Assembly: GCA_965112735.1 (NCBI GenBank)
Contig: OZ218959.1
Location: forward strand, 1,984,001-2,048,000
Length of the DNA: 64,000 nucleotides
Reading direction: 5' to 3'
From: Phaeosaccion multiseriatum
Lineage: Eukaryota > Protista > Ochrophyta, other classes
Shown: piece after piece, positions 36,531-49,694 of the stretch
Numbering within the stretch: position 1 is the stretch's first letter
Layout of the letters: every line of letters begins with the position of its first letter
Notes under the pieces: generated by a model
Database searches by the model: none
Seen by the model: the letters and a program-made list of their open reading frames with translations, nothing else
Told to the model about the DNA's origin: nothing
Translations under genes and position numbers: made by a program

Positions 36531-37094
36531 TGGCCAACCGCCAACTCCTGTTGTAGCTGAAAGTAGTCCTGAGCTCTCCAACGCCTCTTATGTCTCTTGC
36601 TCACCGCGTTCTCTTGTTGTTTGGGCTCTCAGGTGTCCGTCTTGACCAAGAGCAGGTGGTTGGACGTAATCGAGGTTAAGCTCAGGGAGGAGGAAGGCGA
36701 CAAGTGCAGCGCCTCCGTGTCGAGCGTATCCACGGGGCTGTTGCCTCTCACAGTGCCTGGCGCGGTACGTGAGACGTTGCGATTCGACTGACTGAAAGGA
36801 GCATGCGGCAGAGGCAAAGCGTGCGCCTGCCTAGGTGGAAACTGACGAACTGAACTAGTTCGGAAAGCTGAGGCTCGTATACACAGCATGCCGACTCGCG
36901 AGTTGTCGATGGATCATCTCCGGGAGAGTGGCACCCCCGCCCAAACCCCCTCTCTGACTCCTGCACCGCTGTTGCCCCCCCCCCCTCCATATCCCCCTTC
37001 TGACTGGGCCAGCCCCTGGTCAACATCGTGGCCTGCTGGTTTCCGTTCTCGGACCTGTCGGTTGGACAGGTGGGTCTGGCAGGCCTTAGTGATT

Positions 37095-37130
<36 letters not shown>

Positions 37131-37441
37131 TGCAACCGTCCTATTTGCCCCTCGGGGTCGATACCAAAAGTTACGCATACTGAAATCAATTAGCTCTCTC
37201 TTGTTTGTAGATAAGTGGTCACCGCCATCGTCCGAAGCGGGCTCTCACTTCTCATCCTCTTTCCTTCGCTTGCTACCCCTGCCCGTGTGTGCGTGCGTGT
37301 GTGCGTGCGTGCGTGTGTGCGTGCGTGCGTGCGTGCGTGTGTGTGCATACGTGTGTCCCCCTGCAGACCAAGACACTACCTGACGTCAGAAAAGCCTTGG
37401 GTGTCAACATTAAGGTCACTGCCAGCAGCCGCATCATTTGA
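35877..37441 (+). CDS. Hypothetical plastid (possibly thylakoid-lumen) protein, 5 exons
   Basis: Signal peptide MKAAILFVSLFLSVCSSSCA-FF, transit region, second hydrophobic stretch ending AMA-Q; exons ...HSYSEEWSL..., KSRWLDVIEVKL...VSTGLLPLTVPGA, ACWFPFSD, TKTLPDVRKALG...II*. Confidence 0.65.
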
Positions 37442-38276
37442 GCTTACTGACCCCGCCGAGCACGTGAGGGTAGCCAGGCCAGAGGGGAGGGAGAGGGAAT
37501 CACACTCACTCACACACAGAGAGAGGAGGTATCGGGACAGAGGGTCAGAGAGAGAGAGAGAGAAGAGAGAAAGATATGAGGCAAGAGCACAACAGAGTTC
37601 GGCGCCTGGCACATGCGCCAAACCATGGACCTGGCACTGCCTTGTCCTGCCCACCACGGCGGAGGAAAGGGCATGAGTTCTCCCTCCTCGGAGAGAACCA
37701 CACCACTGACTAATTTTAAAAAATAATAACAGCCAATGTAAGTAAAGGAGCTCGAAAGCCTGAGGAGAAGGTTCTATGATATAAAATATTGGGTCGACTA
37801 CCTACACATGATTTGGCCTTCATGACAAAAGACAAAAACGGGTCAGGACACTTCACCCTGACTCGTGCGTGCCTAGGTAACGAAATGAGGAGCGGGTGAA
37901 GGGCCCTCCCCCCCCCCCCTCCCTCTATCAGCGAACGTCCATCTCTTCTTCTCGCAGTAGAATACAGGGCCCCGTGCCTCCCTCCAGCGGAAACATGCAC
38001 CACCTTTAGCACCCTCTCGCGGCGCACTCAGCCGGGTTGAAATGGCGTCTTGAGACTGAGAAATAGAAAAGAGGACACGTGCTCCGTAGCAGTCCGTGAT
38101 CGAGCACCGCGTGCCGGATGGTGGTGTGATAAGTATAGTGTGGTGGTGCGGATATATGAATGTGCTGCATCTTGGTCCACCTCTCAAGAGGCTGGGCTGC
38201 AGAGCCTCCAGCGATGGGCGGAGGAACGTAGAATGGACGAACACTTTTCCAGCAATGAGTAGAGGAATGTAGCGAC

Positions 38277-40114
38277 CTATCGGTAGAGGCCGTTGTTGAT
38301 CCTGTCTACTACGTACCTGTGTTGACAAGAGAGAATAGACAACGAGCAGGCAAGGGCATTGAGGAAAACGGAGTGGCGTGAGTGGTTGGTTTGGTGATAC
38401 TTTGTGACGATTTCCCATAAATTGGTAATTTCATGTACTTGGAGAAATGTTACTTACATCGCCTGAGGGTCCGTGACCACAAGCTTGCTCTCGTACTTCT
38501 TGATGACAGCCTTCTCCTTGTCTGGATGATGGGCGAGGAAGAACAAACAAAACCGACATGTACACAGGAGATGGTGAGTATTTTAGAAAGGGAATGTGTT
38601 CTACTGGGCTAAACGCAGTGCGCCGTCACAAAGGAAGGCTTCCGTTCAGTCCCAACTCCACCACACAGACACAACTCAAATCAAGCACGAATCAAGCTCA
38701 TGCAAGACAGTCCCATCCATTCATCCGCGGCGAACACCACCCACACACTGACTACCTTGCCCCCCCTAGTCCCAACCCCCACGCCCACACACAGGCACGA
38801 TTGGTGCACAGCCCCGTCCCCCCTACACGCCTTTAGAAAACAACCACGTACCAGACAGGCCCTTGATGTTGTACACATCGGACACAGCAGAGTAGGGTCC
38901 GTTGGACACAATCTTTCCGGCGGCGTTGGGGTACATGCCGGGCATGCGGATGTATGCGCGCACGTTGGCGTTGTTGAGGTCCACCTTGTCGCCTCCGCCC
39001 AGGAGGGGCACCACGGGGTTGTCCACCTCAGCGAAGACAGGGGCGGCCACTGCCACTCCCACGGCGGCGGCGGATGCTCCCGTCACAGCCTTCTTGATGA
39101 AGTTCATTCGGTTTGCTGGGGCGTCCAGGGACATGCTGCGACAAGAGCGACGTGTGTGTGAAGAGGGGGGGAGGGGGAGAGGAGGCAGGGGGGGGGGAGA
39201 GGGGAAAGGGTTACTGATGTGTTGGTTGTTTGAGAGAGTCTGTGGGGGAGACAGGGCGTAAATCTGCTTGCGTCCTTAGCGCATCGAAAGCGAGCGAAAT
39301 CGGCACCAAGACGGCAGGGATATCATTCCCGCACACGTGGTAGAGTGCCATCATCCTCTCCCCCATCCTTAGGGAGGGTAAACAGAGCTGCAGGGACTGC
39401 TGCCTCGCGAAAAAATTAGGCCCCAGTCCCACAGTAGTAGGGCTTTCCCTGCCCATGCCATTGAACCGCGTGCTGCCTCCCACGGGCCATCACGACGTTG
39501 TTCTCCATCCACCCCCACCCCCACCCCTCTTCAACTGCCGTTCAGTGGGTGCCGCATCCGATCAACACACAGAGTAACCATGCTGGGAGCGGGTCACCAC
39601 ACTTTCGGAGGCGGTCACCACACTTCCCCCCGTCCTTCCTTCCCATTTCCTCGAAGCCTCCCGTCTCTTTCTTGTGGGATGTCCTCCTGACCCCCCCCCC
39701 CCCTTCCCCGGTCCAGCTCCTGTCCCAAATTTGCGGCTGTGCAAGCAGTCTGCTTGAATGCCATCTCCGTTGGCATGCTTTCGCTCCCTTCGCACCGCCC
39801 CCGTGTCTCTGATTTGCTGCTGCTGCTGCTGCTGCTCATGCACGCCCTCCCCTCCCCGCATGAAAATCCTCAGCTCCACCACCACGACGAGCGGCGCCAC
39901 GGCTCCCAAGAGACGCAGATACCCACACTCTCGATAAGGCATTCGCCCCATCCATGCCACAAGCATCAGCCAACAAGCGGAAGCAGGTCCATCCTCATGC
40001 AAGCAGGGGAGATGTTCATGTTCCTGGGCCCAAATCTTACCTAGGCTGGACGGGCGCCACGAAAGCGCTTGTGGATGCCACGAGGGCGAGGGCGGCGATG
40101 GCAGTGACCTTCAT
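38277..40114 (-). CDS. psbU: Photosystem II 12 kDa extrinsic protein PsbU, nucleus-encoded precursor (4 exons)
   Basis: MKVTAIAALALVASTSA-FVAP presequence (exon 40114-40041); GGGDKVDLNNANVRAYIRMPGMYPNAAGKIVSNGPY...DVYNIKGLS; DKEKAVIKKYE; YVVDRINNGLYR* (stop 38277-38279). Confidence 0.95.
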
Positions 40115-40362
40115 TTTTGAGATGTGGCGGGGTGGTACAGTGGGCAAGAGAGGCAGACAGAGAGACAGAGAGATGAAAGGCTGGTCGGACAAGCCCAGGA
40201 CACCCCCGGGGGCGGATTTGGACCTTCAACGCCAATAAACGGAAACTTGACACTGCTGGCGACGACGGCGTGGATGTGAAATGCTCTATGATGCATTGCC
40301 TCTCCCATAAGTCAATAAGTAGTCCCCTCTGTGTGTGTAGCAACAGTGATATAGTGATTGCG

Positions 40363-42760
40363 ATGCGGGACGAAGAAGCCCCAGAGGAGGAGGACCCGAG
40401 CGTGGGGGAAGAAGACGAGGGCGAGGAGAAGGAGGAGCTTGCAGCGGGCAAGGCGCCCGGACGAGGCGAAGGACGACCAGCACGGCCACTGTTGCCCGAG
40501 GAGGGCGAGGAGAAGAAGAAGAAGGAGGAGGAGGGGGAGGAGGAGGAGGAGGAGGACCAAGACGAAGCTCACCGGGAGCTGTATCTGCAGGTGATGGTGA
40601 TTGAGTTGGCTCTCTCTCTCTCTCTCTCTCAACACACTCGTGTCTGACTACTGGCAACCCTGTGTGATTTCCTTTGCCACCAGGGCTACCACTGCAACCT
40701 CTACCGCGGGGACGCTCTGGCGGGGCAGCTGGAGGGCGAGGACCACCTTCGAGTGCTGCAGCCCGGCGATATTACCACAGACCGGTTTGACGGGAGGTGG
40801 CTGCTGGACGGGCATCAGCTGAGCAGGGTACGCATCGGGGGGAGGTCCCTTGTAGCCGACCCTCTGGGCGGGGGAAACGGAGAAGGAGCGGCCGCGGCTT
40901 GTCCCGCACCAGATGGGGGAGCAGGAGGGCCCCCAAATGCAGAGGATGGCGACGACGACGACGACGATGACGACGACGGGGTCGGGGGGGAGAACCCACG
41001 GCCGCTGACGGCGAGGGCAATCCGCCAGCATGAGGATCTTTCCAAGGCGGAGTGGACTGGGCTACAAAAGAGCAGATGGGCCTCTCTACCCGCAGGCGTG
41101 GAGGACCACTCGCTTGAAGTGGAGGGGCTTGGTAACTTTGCGCCGCAGGGGAGTCACAGCCTCGGGGAAGTGGGCTTCTTTGGAAGGGACGATCCGGCCC
41201 AGGCCGCTGCAAGGAGGGCGGCGCGGGAGGCGGGAGATGCGGGGTACTACGGACCAAGTGCGGGCCGGCCACTAGGAGCAGGGGGAGGGGCCGCCATTGG
41301 GTACAGCTATGGTGGAGGAGAAGGGGTCGAGAAAGAGGGCAAAGAAGACGGTGAGGAGGGCGGCAGTGATCAGGCGCAGGGAGAGGCTGCGGTGGAGGAG
41401 GAGGTGCTGGAAGACGGAGACGAGCTTTTCGAGCCCGATTTTGACATTCCTGCGGAGGTGGGGGTGGTGCCCACGTCTCTGAAGCGCCACCTCATTATGG
41501 TAAGCACCGCTCGCACCATTGTGCGAAACGCCCAGATGGAGGTGCTGCTGCGGCTCAAGCAGGCGGGCAACCCGGCCTTTGCCTTCCTGGAGACCGGCCA
41601 CCGCCTGCATGCCTACTACGCCTTTCTCAAGGGCATGGCCGGAGAATGGTTGGACGCGGAGCTGAGGCATCAGCAGGTGAGTCAGTCCATTGATAGGTCT
41701 GCGTAGAGTTGGAGTTGGCCGGGGGGGTGGGCGGTGGCAAAGTGGGTGAGAAGGGGGCGTAAGCGAGCATGGAGAGGCGGCTGGGGGGGGGTGAGAGGGG
41801 GATTCGCAGGCTGGTCCTGCTAGGATGAGAACGAAGGGAAGGAAAAAGCAGAGCAGCGCCACACTGTGTCCTGTCCTCCCACCCCTCTCCTCTCCTGCCT
41901 TGTCCTTATTGTCTTGTCCGCCCCACCCACCATCCTCTCACACATGGCACGCTCCAGGCGAAGAAGGAGCAGAGGAAAAGGGAGGCCGAGGAGCGTCAGC
42001 GGCTGCTGGAGGCGGCGGGGGGCGACGAAGGTAATGCAAACAAGAGGCGGGCGGGCCGGTGCTGGTGAATTTCCTCTGCTCCCCTTCCTGTCTCTCTCTC
42101 TCTTGTCTCCCTCTCTCTCTCCCTTTTCTCTCCTCTTTCCTCCGTGCGAATGGAAACCTCTCCACGAGGAGCCCAAGGAGAAAGAGGGAGAATGCCCGCG
42201 AAATTGGGGCGATGCCATGTGTGAGAATGGAGGCGCCTCCTTCAGACCCCCCTCTCTCTGAATAGTGCCGGCCATGCCATACAGCTTCACTCACTTGTTG
42301 TTGTTGTTGTTGTTGTTGCGTGTGGTGAAAGACGCAATATGTGGTGCGAAGCTTTGACCCTTTTGTGCATGTGCACACGCACATGCTCTCCGATATAAAT
42401 GTGCAGTGTGGTCTTAGCCCCCTGCCCTCCCCCCCCCCCCATGGCCCTCTCTGCCCTTCTTCCCTGTGTTCCCTTCAACCTTCTGTGGTTCTTCCCTTCA
42501 ACCTTCTGTGGTTCTCTTGCTTGGGGTTGAGGTTGGGGGGCGCAGTCGTCTTGTCCTTGCCGTGCCGCTGCCCTGCTGCGGCTGGCTGCTGGTGCTATTG
42601 CTCTTTTACACAACCCCCATCAGTCCCACTGGGGAGTGGTGTTGGGTGAAGCTAACCCTCTCCATCAGCGCTGCCCCCAACCCCCCAAACCTGCCTACTT
42701 GCCTTTGACCCAAACCTGCCTACTTGCCTGTGACCCAAACCTGCCTACTTGCTGACTGAC

Positions 42761-42795
<35 letters not shown>

Positions 42796-43180
42796 CTGAT
42801 TGACCTGTGTGGAATGTGGAAGTTGCCTCTTCTTTTGCTCTGCGCCGTTACAAAACCCCGTAAAAGTGGGGGGGGGGGGGACTTGTTCCACTGTACACTG
42901 CTGCAACAATCCATCTACCCCGAGAGCGGAGAACGTGGGTACATGTGCGGGGCGAGGAGAGAGCAGCAGCAGAGGAGGAGGAGGAGGAGGAGGAGGAGGA
43001 GCTGAAAGAAATGGAGAGGGCACGCAGGAGCAGGAGCAGGAGGAGCATCGTCGATGTAGCTGTATCCCTTAGTGGAGAGGAGACAAGTGCGAGTGGACGT
43101 GCTCCCTCTCTCTGGAGCGACAGCATTAACACTCACTCAACCAACCCAATGACCCCCACGTTTGTGGAATGAACAAAAAG

Positions 43181-43211
<31 letters not shown>

Positions 43212-46200
43212 AGCAGCAACTTTACCCCCCCCCCCCCGGATGCTTTACCCCCACTAAGCTGGTTTTCTCCTCTCTTTCCTCCCCCTTCTCCCTCTCCCCC
43301 TCCCCCTCCCCCTCTCTCTCGGTCTCCTCTTCTCGCCATCAATCTACGCGCGGCGGATCGTGGTCGTCGTCAACGTCAACGTCAACGTCAACGTCAACGT
43401 CAACACCCCTCTCCTACCGTCCGCTACCCTATGTGCCGTGCTGCCTGCCTCTGCTGACGCGGCCCACCCTCCGTTGGTACCCCCCCGGGTATTTCGCGTT
43501 GTTTTGACGGATGTCCTGTGCATGGCTCGCGGGCTTGAATCGAATGGGCGGTGGTTTTGCTTTGCCGTGCTGTGTGTGTGTGTGTGTGTGTGTGCACGTG
43601 CTGTGTGAATGTGTTTGTGCTGCTGCTTGTCGGTTTGTGTTGTTGTTGTTGCCTCTTTTTTGGGGGGCGCGTGTGTGTGCGCGCGCCGCTGCGCTCGAAA
43701 GATGGAGCTACGGCTCGAGGCTTGTTCGGTGAAGCATACTTCGGACAATCGTCCTCGGACGAGGAAGAGGACGGGGAGAAGGAGCAGGAAGAGGAGGAGG
43801 GGGGGGGAGGTAATGAAGGTAAAGAAGAGAATGAGGCCCAAGAGGAAACGGAGGAGGACAGACTGGCGGCGGCAGCGGCTGCCATCCCACGTAAGTTTGA
43901 AGGAAGGAAGAAAGGAAGAGAGGCTCTTGTCTGGATCGACGGAGTTGGGGAGGACATCACCCCTCCCCCGATTACTCTCTCGCTCTCTCCCTCTCTTGCT
44001 CCCCATGTCTCTCTCCTTTTTTTCCCATTTCCTCCATCTCTTCACCCTCTCTCTCTCTCCCTCTCCCCCTCTCTCGTCTCCTCTCTCTCCCTCCCTCTTT
44101 TCTCCTCCCTCTTCACCCCTCTCTCTCTTTCCCTCTCTCCCCAACCCTCTCTCTCTCTCTTCACCCCTCTCTCCCCAACCCTCTCTCTCTCTTCACCCCT
44201 CTCTCCCCAACCCTCTCTCTCTCTCTCTTCACCCCTCTCTCCCCAACCCTCTCTCTCTCTCTTCACCCCTCTCTCCCCAACCCTCTCTCTCTCTCTTCAC
44301 CCCTCTCTCCCCAACCCTCTCTCTCTCTTCACCCCTCTCTCCCCAACCCTCTCTCTCTCTTCACCCCTCTCTCCCCTACCCTCTCTCTCTCTCTTCACCC
44401 CTCTCTCCCCAACCCTCTCTCTCTCTCTTCACCCCTCTCTCCCCAACCCTCTCTCTCTCTCTTTCCCTCTCTCCCCAACCCTCTCTCTCTCTCTTCACCC
44501 CTCTCTCCCCAACCCTCTCTCTCTCTCTTCACCCCTCTCTCCCCAACCCTCTCTCTCTCTCTTCACCCCTCTCTCCCCAACCCTCTCTCTCTCTTCACCC
44601 CTCTCTCCCCAACCCTCTCTCTCTCTCTTCACCCCTCTCTCCCCAACCCTCTCTCTCCCTCTTCACCCCTCTCTCCCCAACCCTCTCTCTCTCTCTTCAC
44701 CCCTCTCTCCCCAACCCTCTCTCTCTCTCTTCACCCCTCTCTCCCCAACCCTCTCTCTCTCTCTTCACCCCTCTCTCCCCAACCCTCTCTCTCTCTTCAC
44801 CCCTCTCTCCCCAACCCTCTCTCTCTCTCGTCTCCTCTCTCTCCCTCCCTCTTTTCTCCTCTCTCTTCACCCCTCTCTCTCTTCACCCCTCTCTCCCCAA
44901 CCCTCTCTCTCTCTCTTCACCCCTCTCTCCCCAACCCTCTCTCTCTCTCTTCACCCCTCCCTCTCTCCCACCATCCCCCCCTGCACAGCGGAAACGCTGG
45001 AGAAGATCCGAAAGATGGTGGACTTTGTGTCTCGTAATGGTGCCGACTTTGAGAAGCGTGTCTTGGAGAAGAAGGGCACAGGCGGAGAGCTCAGCGCAGC
45101 TGTTGACTTCATGCTACCGGGCAGACCCTACAACCCGTTTTACAAGGTGGGTGGGGAGGGCATGGGGGGGGGGGGGGGGGAGGGAGGGAGGGAGAAGAGG
45201 GAAGTAGGGAAGGAAGGAAGAAAGGAAGGGAGAGAGGGAGGGAAGGAAGGGGGCGAGAGAGGGAGAGATAGAGGGGGGGAGTTTCTATTTCTCTCCGTGT
45301 GTCCACTTACGATGCCCGCATTCCCGATTTGAACCTTCTACTGCTACTACTACTGCTACTACTACTGCTACTACTACTATTACTACTACTACTCCTACTC
45401 CTACTACTACTACTACTACTACTACTCCTACTCCTTCTACTACTTACTCCTTCTGCAACTCTACTCTCCTACTACTACTCGTACTCACACCCCCCCTCCT
45501 CCTCCTCCTCCTCCCCCTCCTGCTCCTCCTCCTCCTTCTCCTCCTCCTCCTCCTCCTCCTCCCCTCCTGCTCCTCCTCCCCCTCGTCCTCCCTCCCCCCC
45601 CCCCTCTTCCTCCTCTTCTGCTACTACTACCACTACTACCTCTACTACCACCGTCCGCAACCCTCAGGCGTTGCTCGCCAAGGCCAGGGCTGACTTGGAC
45701 AGATCGGTGGAGGAGGATATGCAGGCTGCGCTTTCGCTGTCGGCTCAAGCGCAGGGGAAGGAGACAGCGGCAGTAGCAGCAGCAGCTGGAGGAGGAGCAG
45801 CTGGGGACACAACAGTTGGTGATCCAGCGGGCCCGAGAGTCGGCACGACGAAAGTGTCATTCGCTTTCGGATTCGGGCGGGCAAAGGCCAAGGCGTCGAG
45901 CAAAGGCAAGGACAACAAAGACAAGGACAACAAAGACAAGGAGGGAAAGGGGAAGGAGAGCGAGGTCGAGAAGGAGAGCGGGACCGAGCCCGATGAGGAA
46001 GGAGGGGAGGGGGGACAGGGGCGGACGGCGCTAGCAGAAACTCCTCCTGGGGCAAGAGACGACGCTGGAGAGGCTGGAGAGGCTGGAGAGGCCCACGTGG
46101 GTGTAAGAGGGCAGCTGCTAGGGGGCGGTGAGACGGGCGAAGGCACTCAAGAAGCTCAAGTAGTCGCTGCTACTGCTGCTGCTACTTCACTCACAGACGG

Positions 46201-47425
46201 AGAGAAAGATGCTGCTAACCCAGATGGAAAGGGTCGGACTGAAGGGGAGTCAGTGGCGGCAGTAGTTGGTGATTCATCGTTCGTGGAGGAGGTCCCTGAG
46301 GATGCTGAGGAGGCAGAGCTTTCACTGGACAAGGAGGAGCAGCAGCGGCAGAAGCGACTTAAGCGAGCGAAGATGATGAGAGGTCACTACAAACTTGCCC
46401 TTCTCGATTCCATGGAGGCCAAGCAACCCTCAGGACTGGGAGCAGCAGCAGCAGTTGGTGATACAGCGGCAGCAATGGCCGGCGACGGCAAGGAAGAGGA
46501 GGAGGGGGAGGAGAAGGACGACGAGGAGGAGGACAGCGTCTCACTGGACGAGCTCTTGGAGGGAACGGCCGCTGGTGATTCAGCGATTGCTGATACAACA
46601 GTTGGTGATATGGAGGACGGGGTAGTTGGTGGTGGCGGTGCGAATGGTTCTGCTCTCGTCGAGGGCGAGGGTATCGCCGCTGCAACAAAAGGAGCCGGGG
46701 TGTTGAAGGAAGAAGGGCCACGCTCTCCCTCTCGCAGTAAGCGAGGGAGAGGGCACCGCAGTAGTCGAAGAGAGGAAAGTAGGAGCAGGAGAGGCAGGAG
46801 CAGGAGCAGGAGAGGCAGGAGCAGGAGCAGGAGCAGGAGCACGAGCAGGAGCAGGAGCAGGAGCAGGAGCCGAGGCGGCAGAGCCGGCGACAGGCGCGGA
46901 CGAAGGCGTAGCAGGGAAAGCATGAAGGAGAAGGAGAGAGACCGACACCACCACCGAGACAGACATCGTCGAGGTAGAGACGACGATCGAAGTGGTGGTG
47001 CCAGGAGGGATCGCGATGCGCACCGCGAAAAGGACGCACGGCGACACCGGGGGGGGGGGCAGGGGGATGGCAGTGGACGGCAGAGCAGGGGCAGACGCAG
47101 CAGGACTCGGAGTCGGAGTCGGAGCAGGGGAAGGAGGAGAGGGAGGGACACAAGTAGGAGCAGGAAGAGGACGAGCAGCAGCGACAGTGAAGGAGACAAC
47201 AGCACACACCACCGAGGCAGAGGGAGGGGGAGGGGCAGGAGCAGCAGTAGCAATCGTAGTAGTCGGAGTTGCAGTAGTAGCAGCAGCGGAAGCGTCGAGA
47301 GGAGGACGGACAGAAGGAGGCGCAAGAGGAGTAGAGAGAGCGTGAGAGGTCGACGACGCTCGTCTTCTCGCTCAGAACCTCGTGCACATTCCGACCGTCA
47401 CAGGAAGAAGAGAAGTCGCCATTGA
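40363..47425 (+). CDS. SFSWAP: Splicing factor suppressor-of-white-apricot homolog (DRY_EERY domain, two SURP domains, RS-rich tail)
   Basis: ELYLQ|GYHCNLYRGD...TDRFDGRWLLD; SURP1 HLIMVSTARTIVRNAQMEVLLRLKQAGNPAFAFLETGHRLHAYYAFLK; SURP2 EKIRKMVDFVSRNGADFEKRV...DFMLPGRPYNPFYK; RQKRLKRAKM; RS domain. Confidence 0.82.
44040..44965. repeat. Intronic composite minisatellite, ~29-33 bp unit (CT)nTCACCCCTCTCTCCCCAACC
   Basis: Roughly 25 tandem copies in an SFSWAP intron (43891-44988), differing only in CT copy number. Confidence 0.95.
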
Positions 47426-47776
47426 CATAAGTTACTGTTAAGTATTCATTAACGTCATTTCAGGTGGAGATATCTGCGTAGTACAATTGCGGTGTTCTCT
47501 TACCGCCCTTTCTCAGCTCTCTCACCTTGTTCCTGTGACCCTCTGTGGTACGCTGTTTGATTCTAGCGCTCCTTTGCCTCTTTTGGGAGTACGTAAGAGC
47601 ACGTAAGAGCGTAGCTTGCCCTCATAACCCTCCTCTTGTCCTCCTCCCCTCCTTTCCTTCTCCTCGTCCTCGTCGTCCTCGTCGTCCTCATCCTCCTCTT
47701 CCTCCTCCTCCTGCTCCTGCTGCCCCTCTTTCTCCCCACCCGCCCCACCGACGCACGTACATACACGCCACAAGGC

Positions 47777-49168
47777 TCATAGCCCCTCCACCAGCTCGAG
47801 GCCCTTCCTCCTAAAGTACCTTGAGCGCTTCTTGGCAGGAGCTTGAGTGAGGAATGCCGTCATCTTTGTACATCCTACCGCTGCTGGGTTGTTGTCTCCC
47901 TGTTGCTCCGCGGCCCACTCCACTTCAGCCCCTCGTTTCAGCTTGAACATTTCTCTGGTTGTGGACCAGCTGAAGCGGCACACGTCTGGATAGCCAAAGA
48001 CGGGTTCGAAATGCTTCGCCATCCAGGCCTGCGGTGTGTGGGTGCGTACGTGCGTGGGAGAGGGAGCAGGGCGGGCGGGGGGGGGGGGGAGGAGGCGAAG
48101 CAACGCGAGAGAAAGGGAGCGACGAGGAGATGAGAATGAGCAGAGCATGAGGGAGAGATAGACGGGAAGGAAGTGATCAAACAACACAGGCAAAGAGAAA
48201 AGAAGGCACAATCAACCTTCCTCTTGTCTTACGTGGCAAGTCTTTTGGCCATTGCCCCCGTCATCTCTGATACACAACACAACGACTTGATACACCACCG
48301 GATCACTTGTCACTTAAAGTACCTTGCACTGAGGATCTGACGGGTAGCCCGAGCCGTACACATGTGAGCCGACAAAGGCGGGCTCATTCCACTTCCACGC
48401 CTCCATGAGATCGTCACGGAGCACCTTGGCGCAGATAGAGGCCGCCGACACGCTCTTGTAGAGACTGTCGGCTTTGGCCTTGACCTGGAGGGAGGAAGGA
48501 AGGTGCGCGAAGGAGGAAGGAGGAAGGAGGAAGGAGGGTATCGGTGTAGGTACATGCATAGGCGTAGGCAGAGGCATCGATTGCCGGAGGAGGGCGGGTC
48601 GGGAGGCGGGGGAGGGCTCAGGGGGGAGTGGGTGGAGTGGAGAGGAGTGAGGAGTGAAGAGTGGGACACAAGGGGTTGACTACCTCTTCATAAGCGACGC
48701 GTTGACGCGGGTATCGATCGACCACCCCGGCCCAACCTCACCCCCCTCTCCACCCCCCCAAGAAGGAATTGACGTATGGATGGGGTGGGAAGAAGGGTCC
48801 GTCCGCCTGATCGCCCGCCCATCCCTTCCTTCTTGCTCCTCCACCTCTACCAGTCCACCCCCCCCCCCTCCTCCCCTACCCCCGGCCTATATGTGCCCGT
48901 ACCGTAAAGTTGATAGTGCCTCCAAACTCCTTGGTGAGGCGGTCTTGGTAGGCGCGCTCGTTTCCCACCGTGTCCACAAACACCTTGGCCACGGCCACGC
49001 CTTGCAGCCGCACGGCTTGCACCATCTCGATACAAGCGTCGTGGGAGATGGCGTTGAGACTCACGGGGCAACGCCGGAGCATCTTGGCCGACAGCTCTTG
49101 GGGGCCGATGCAGCGCAGTACCCAACCCACTTTTGGGTGCTGCGGGGACGAGAGAGGGGATCCCCCAA

Positions 49169-49207
<39 letters not shown>

Positions 49208-49660
49208 TAAGGTGTTTTGTGTGTGTTTGCGTGTGTGTGCGTGTGCGCGTGCGTGCATGTGTGTGTATGGGTTGTGTGTATATGTGTGGGTGGGTTGTGT
49301 GTGTTTGTGCGTGTGTGTGTATGGGTTGTGTGTATATGTGTGGGTGGGTTGTGTGTGTTTGTGCGTGTGTGTGTGGCGGGGGATGGGGGCGGCGGCCGGG
49401 AGGACACAGACCGTGAGGATGAGTGGCGAGAGCGGAAGGGAAAGCGAAAGCGATGCAGAAAGCGCTGTCTGTAGAGCGCCCACCTCATCTCTACCCTCTG
49501 CTATCCCCTATATGCACATGGACATGTCGCTAAAATAAACGGTGGCGTGGCGCTGCTTGGATCTTCTGTCAGGCGGGGAAAGGTGCTATACTGAAAAATC
49601 GTGAAATACCCACATGACGCTGTTGATCTCATCCCCCTCTTCCCCCCAACACACCAACAC

Positions 49661-49694
<34 letters not shown>

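Noticed and set aside
39136-40040. Nested gene in the 0.9-kb first intron of psbU
   Set aside because: ORFs there (39562-40002, 39739-40044) show no recognisable motifs or consistent splice structure
42471-42752. Short tandem duplications (ccttcaaccttctgtggttct x2; aaacctgcctacttgc x3)
   Set aside because: Local slippage duplications in an intron, with no evidence of function
43551-45332. 593-aa and 532-aa ORFs rich in S/L/P
   Set aside because: Stop-free read-through of the intronic CT minisatellite; only the embedded SFSWAP exons (43701-43890, 44989-45147) are coding
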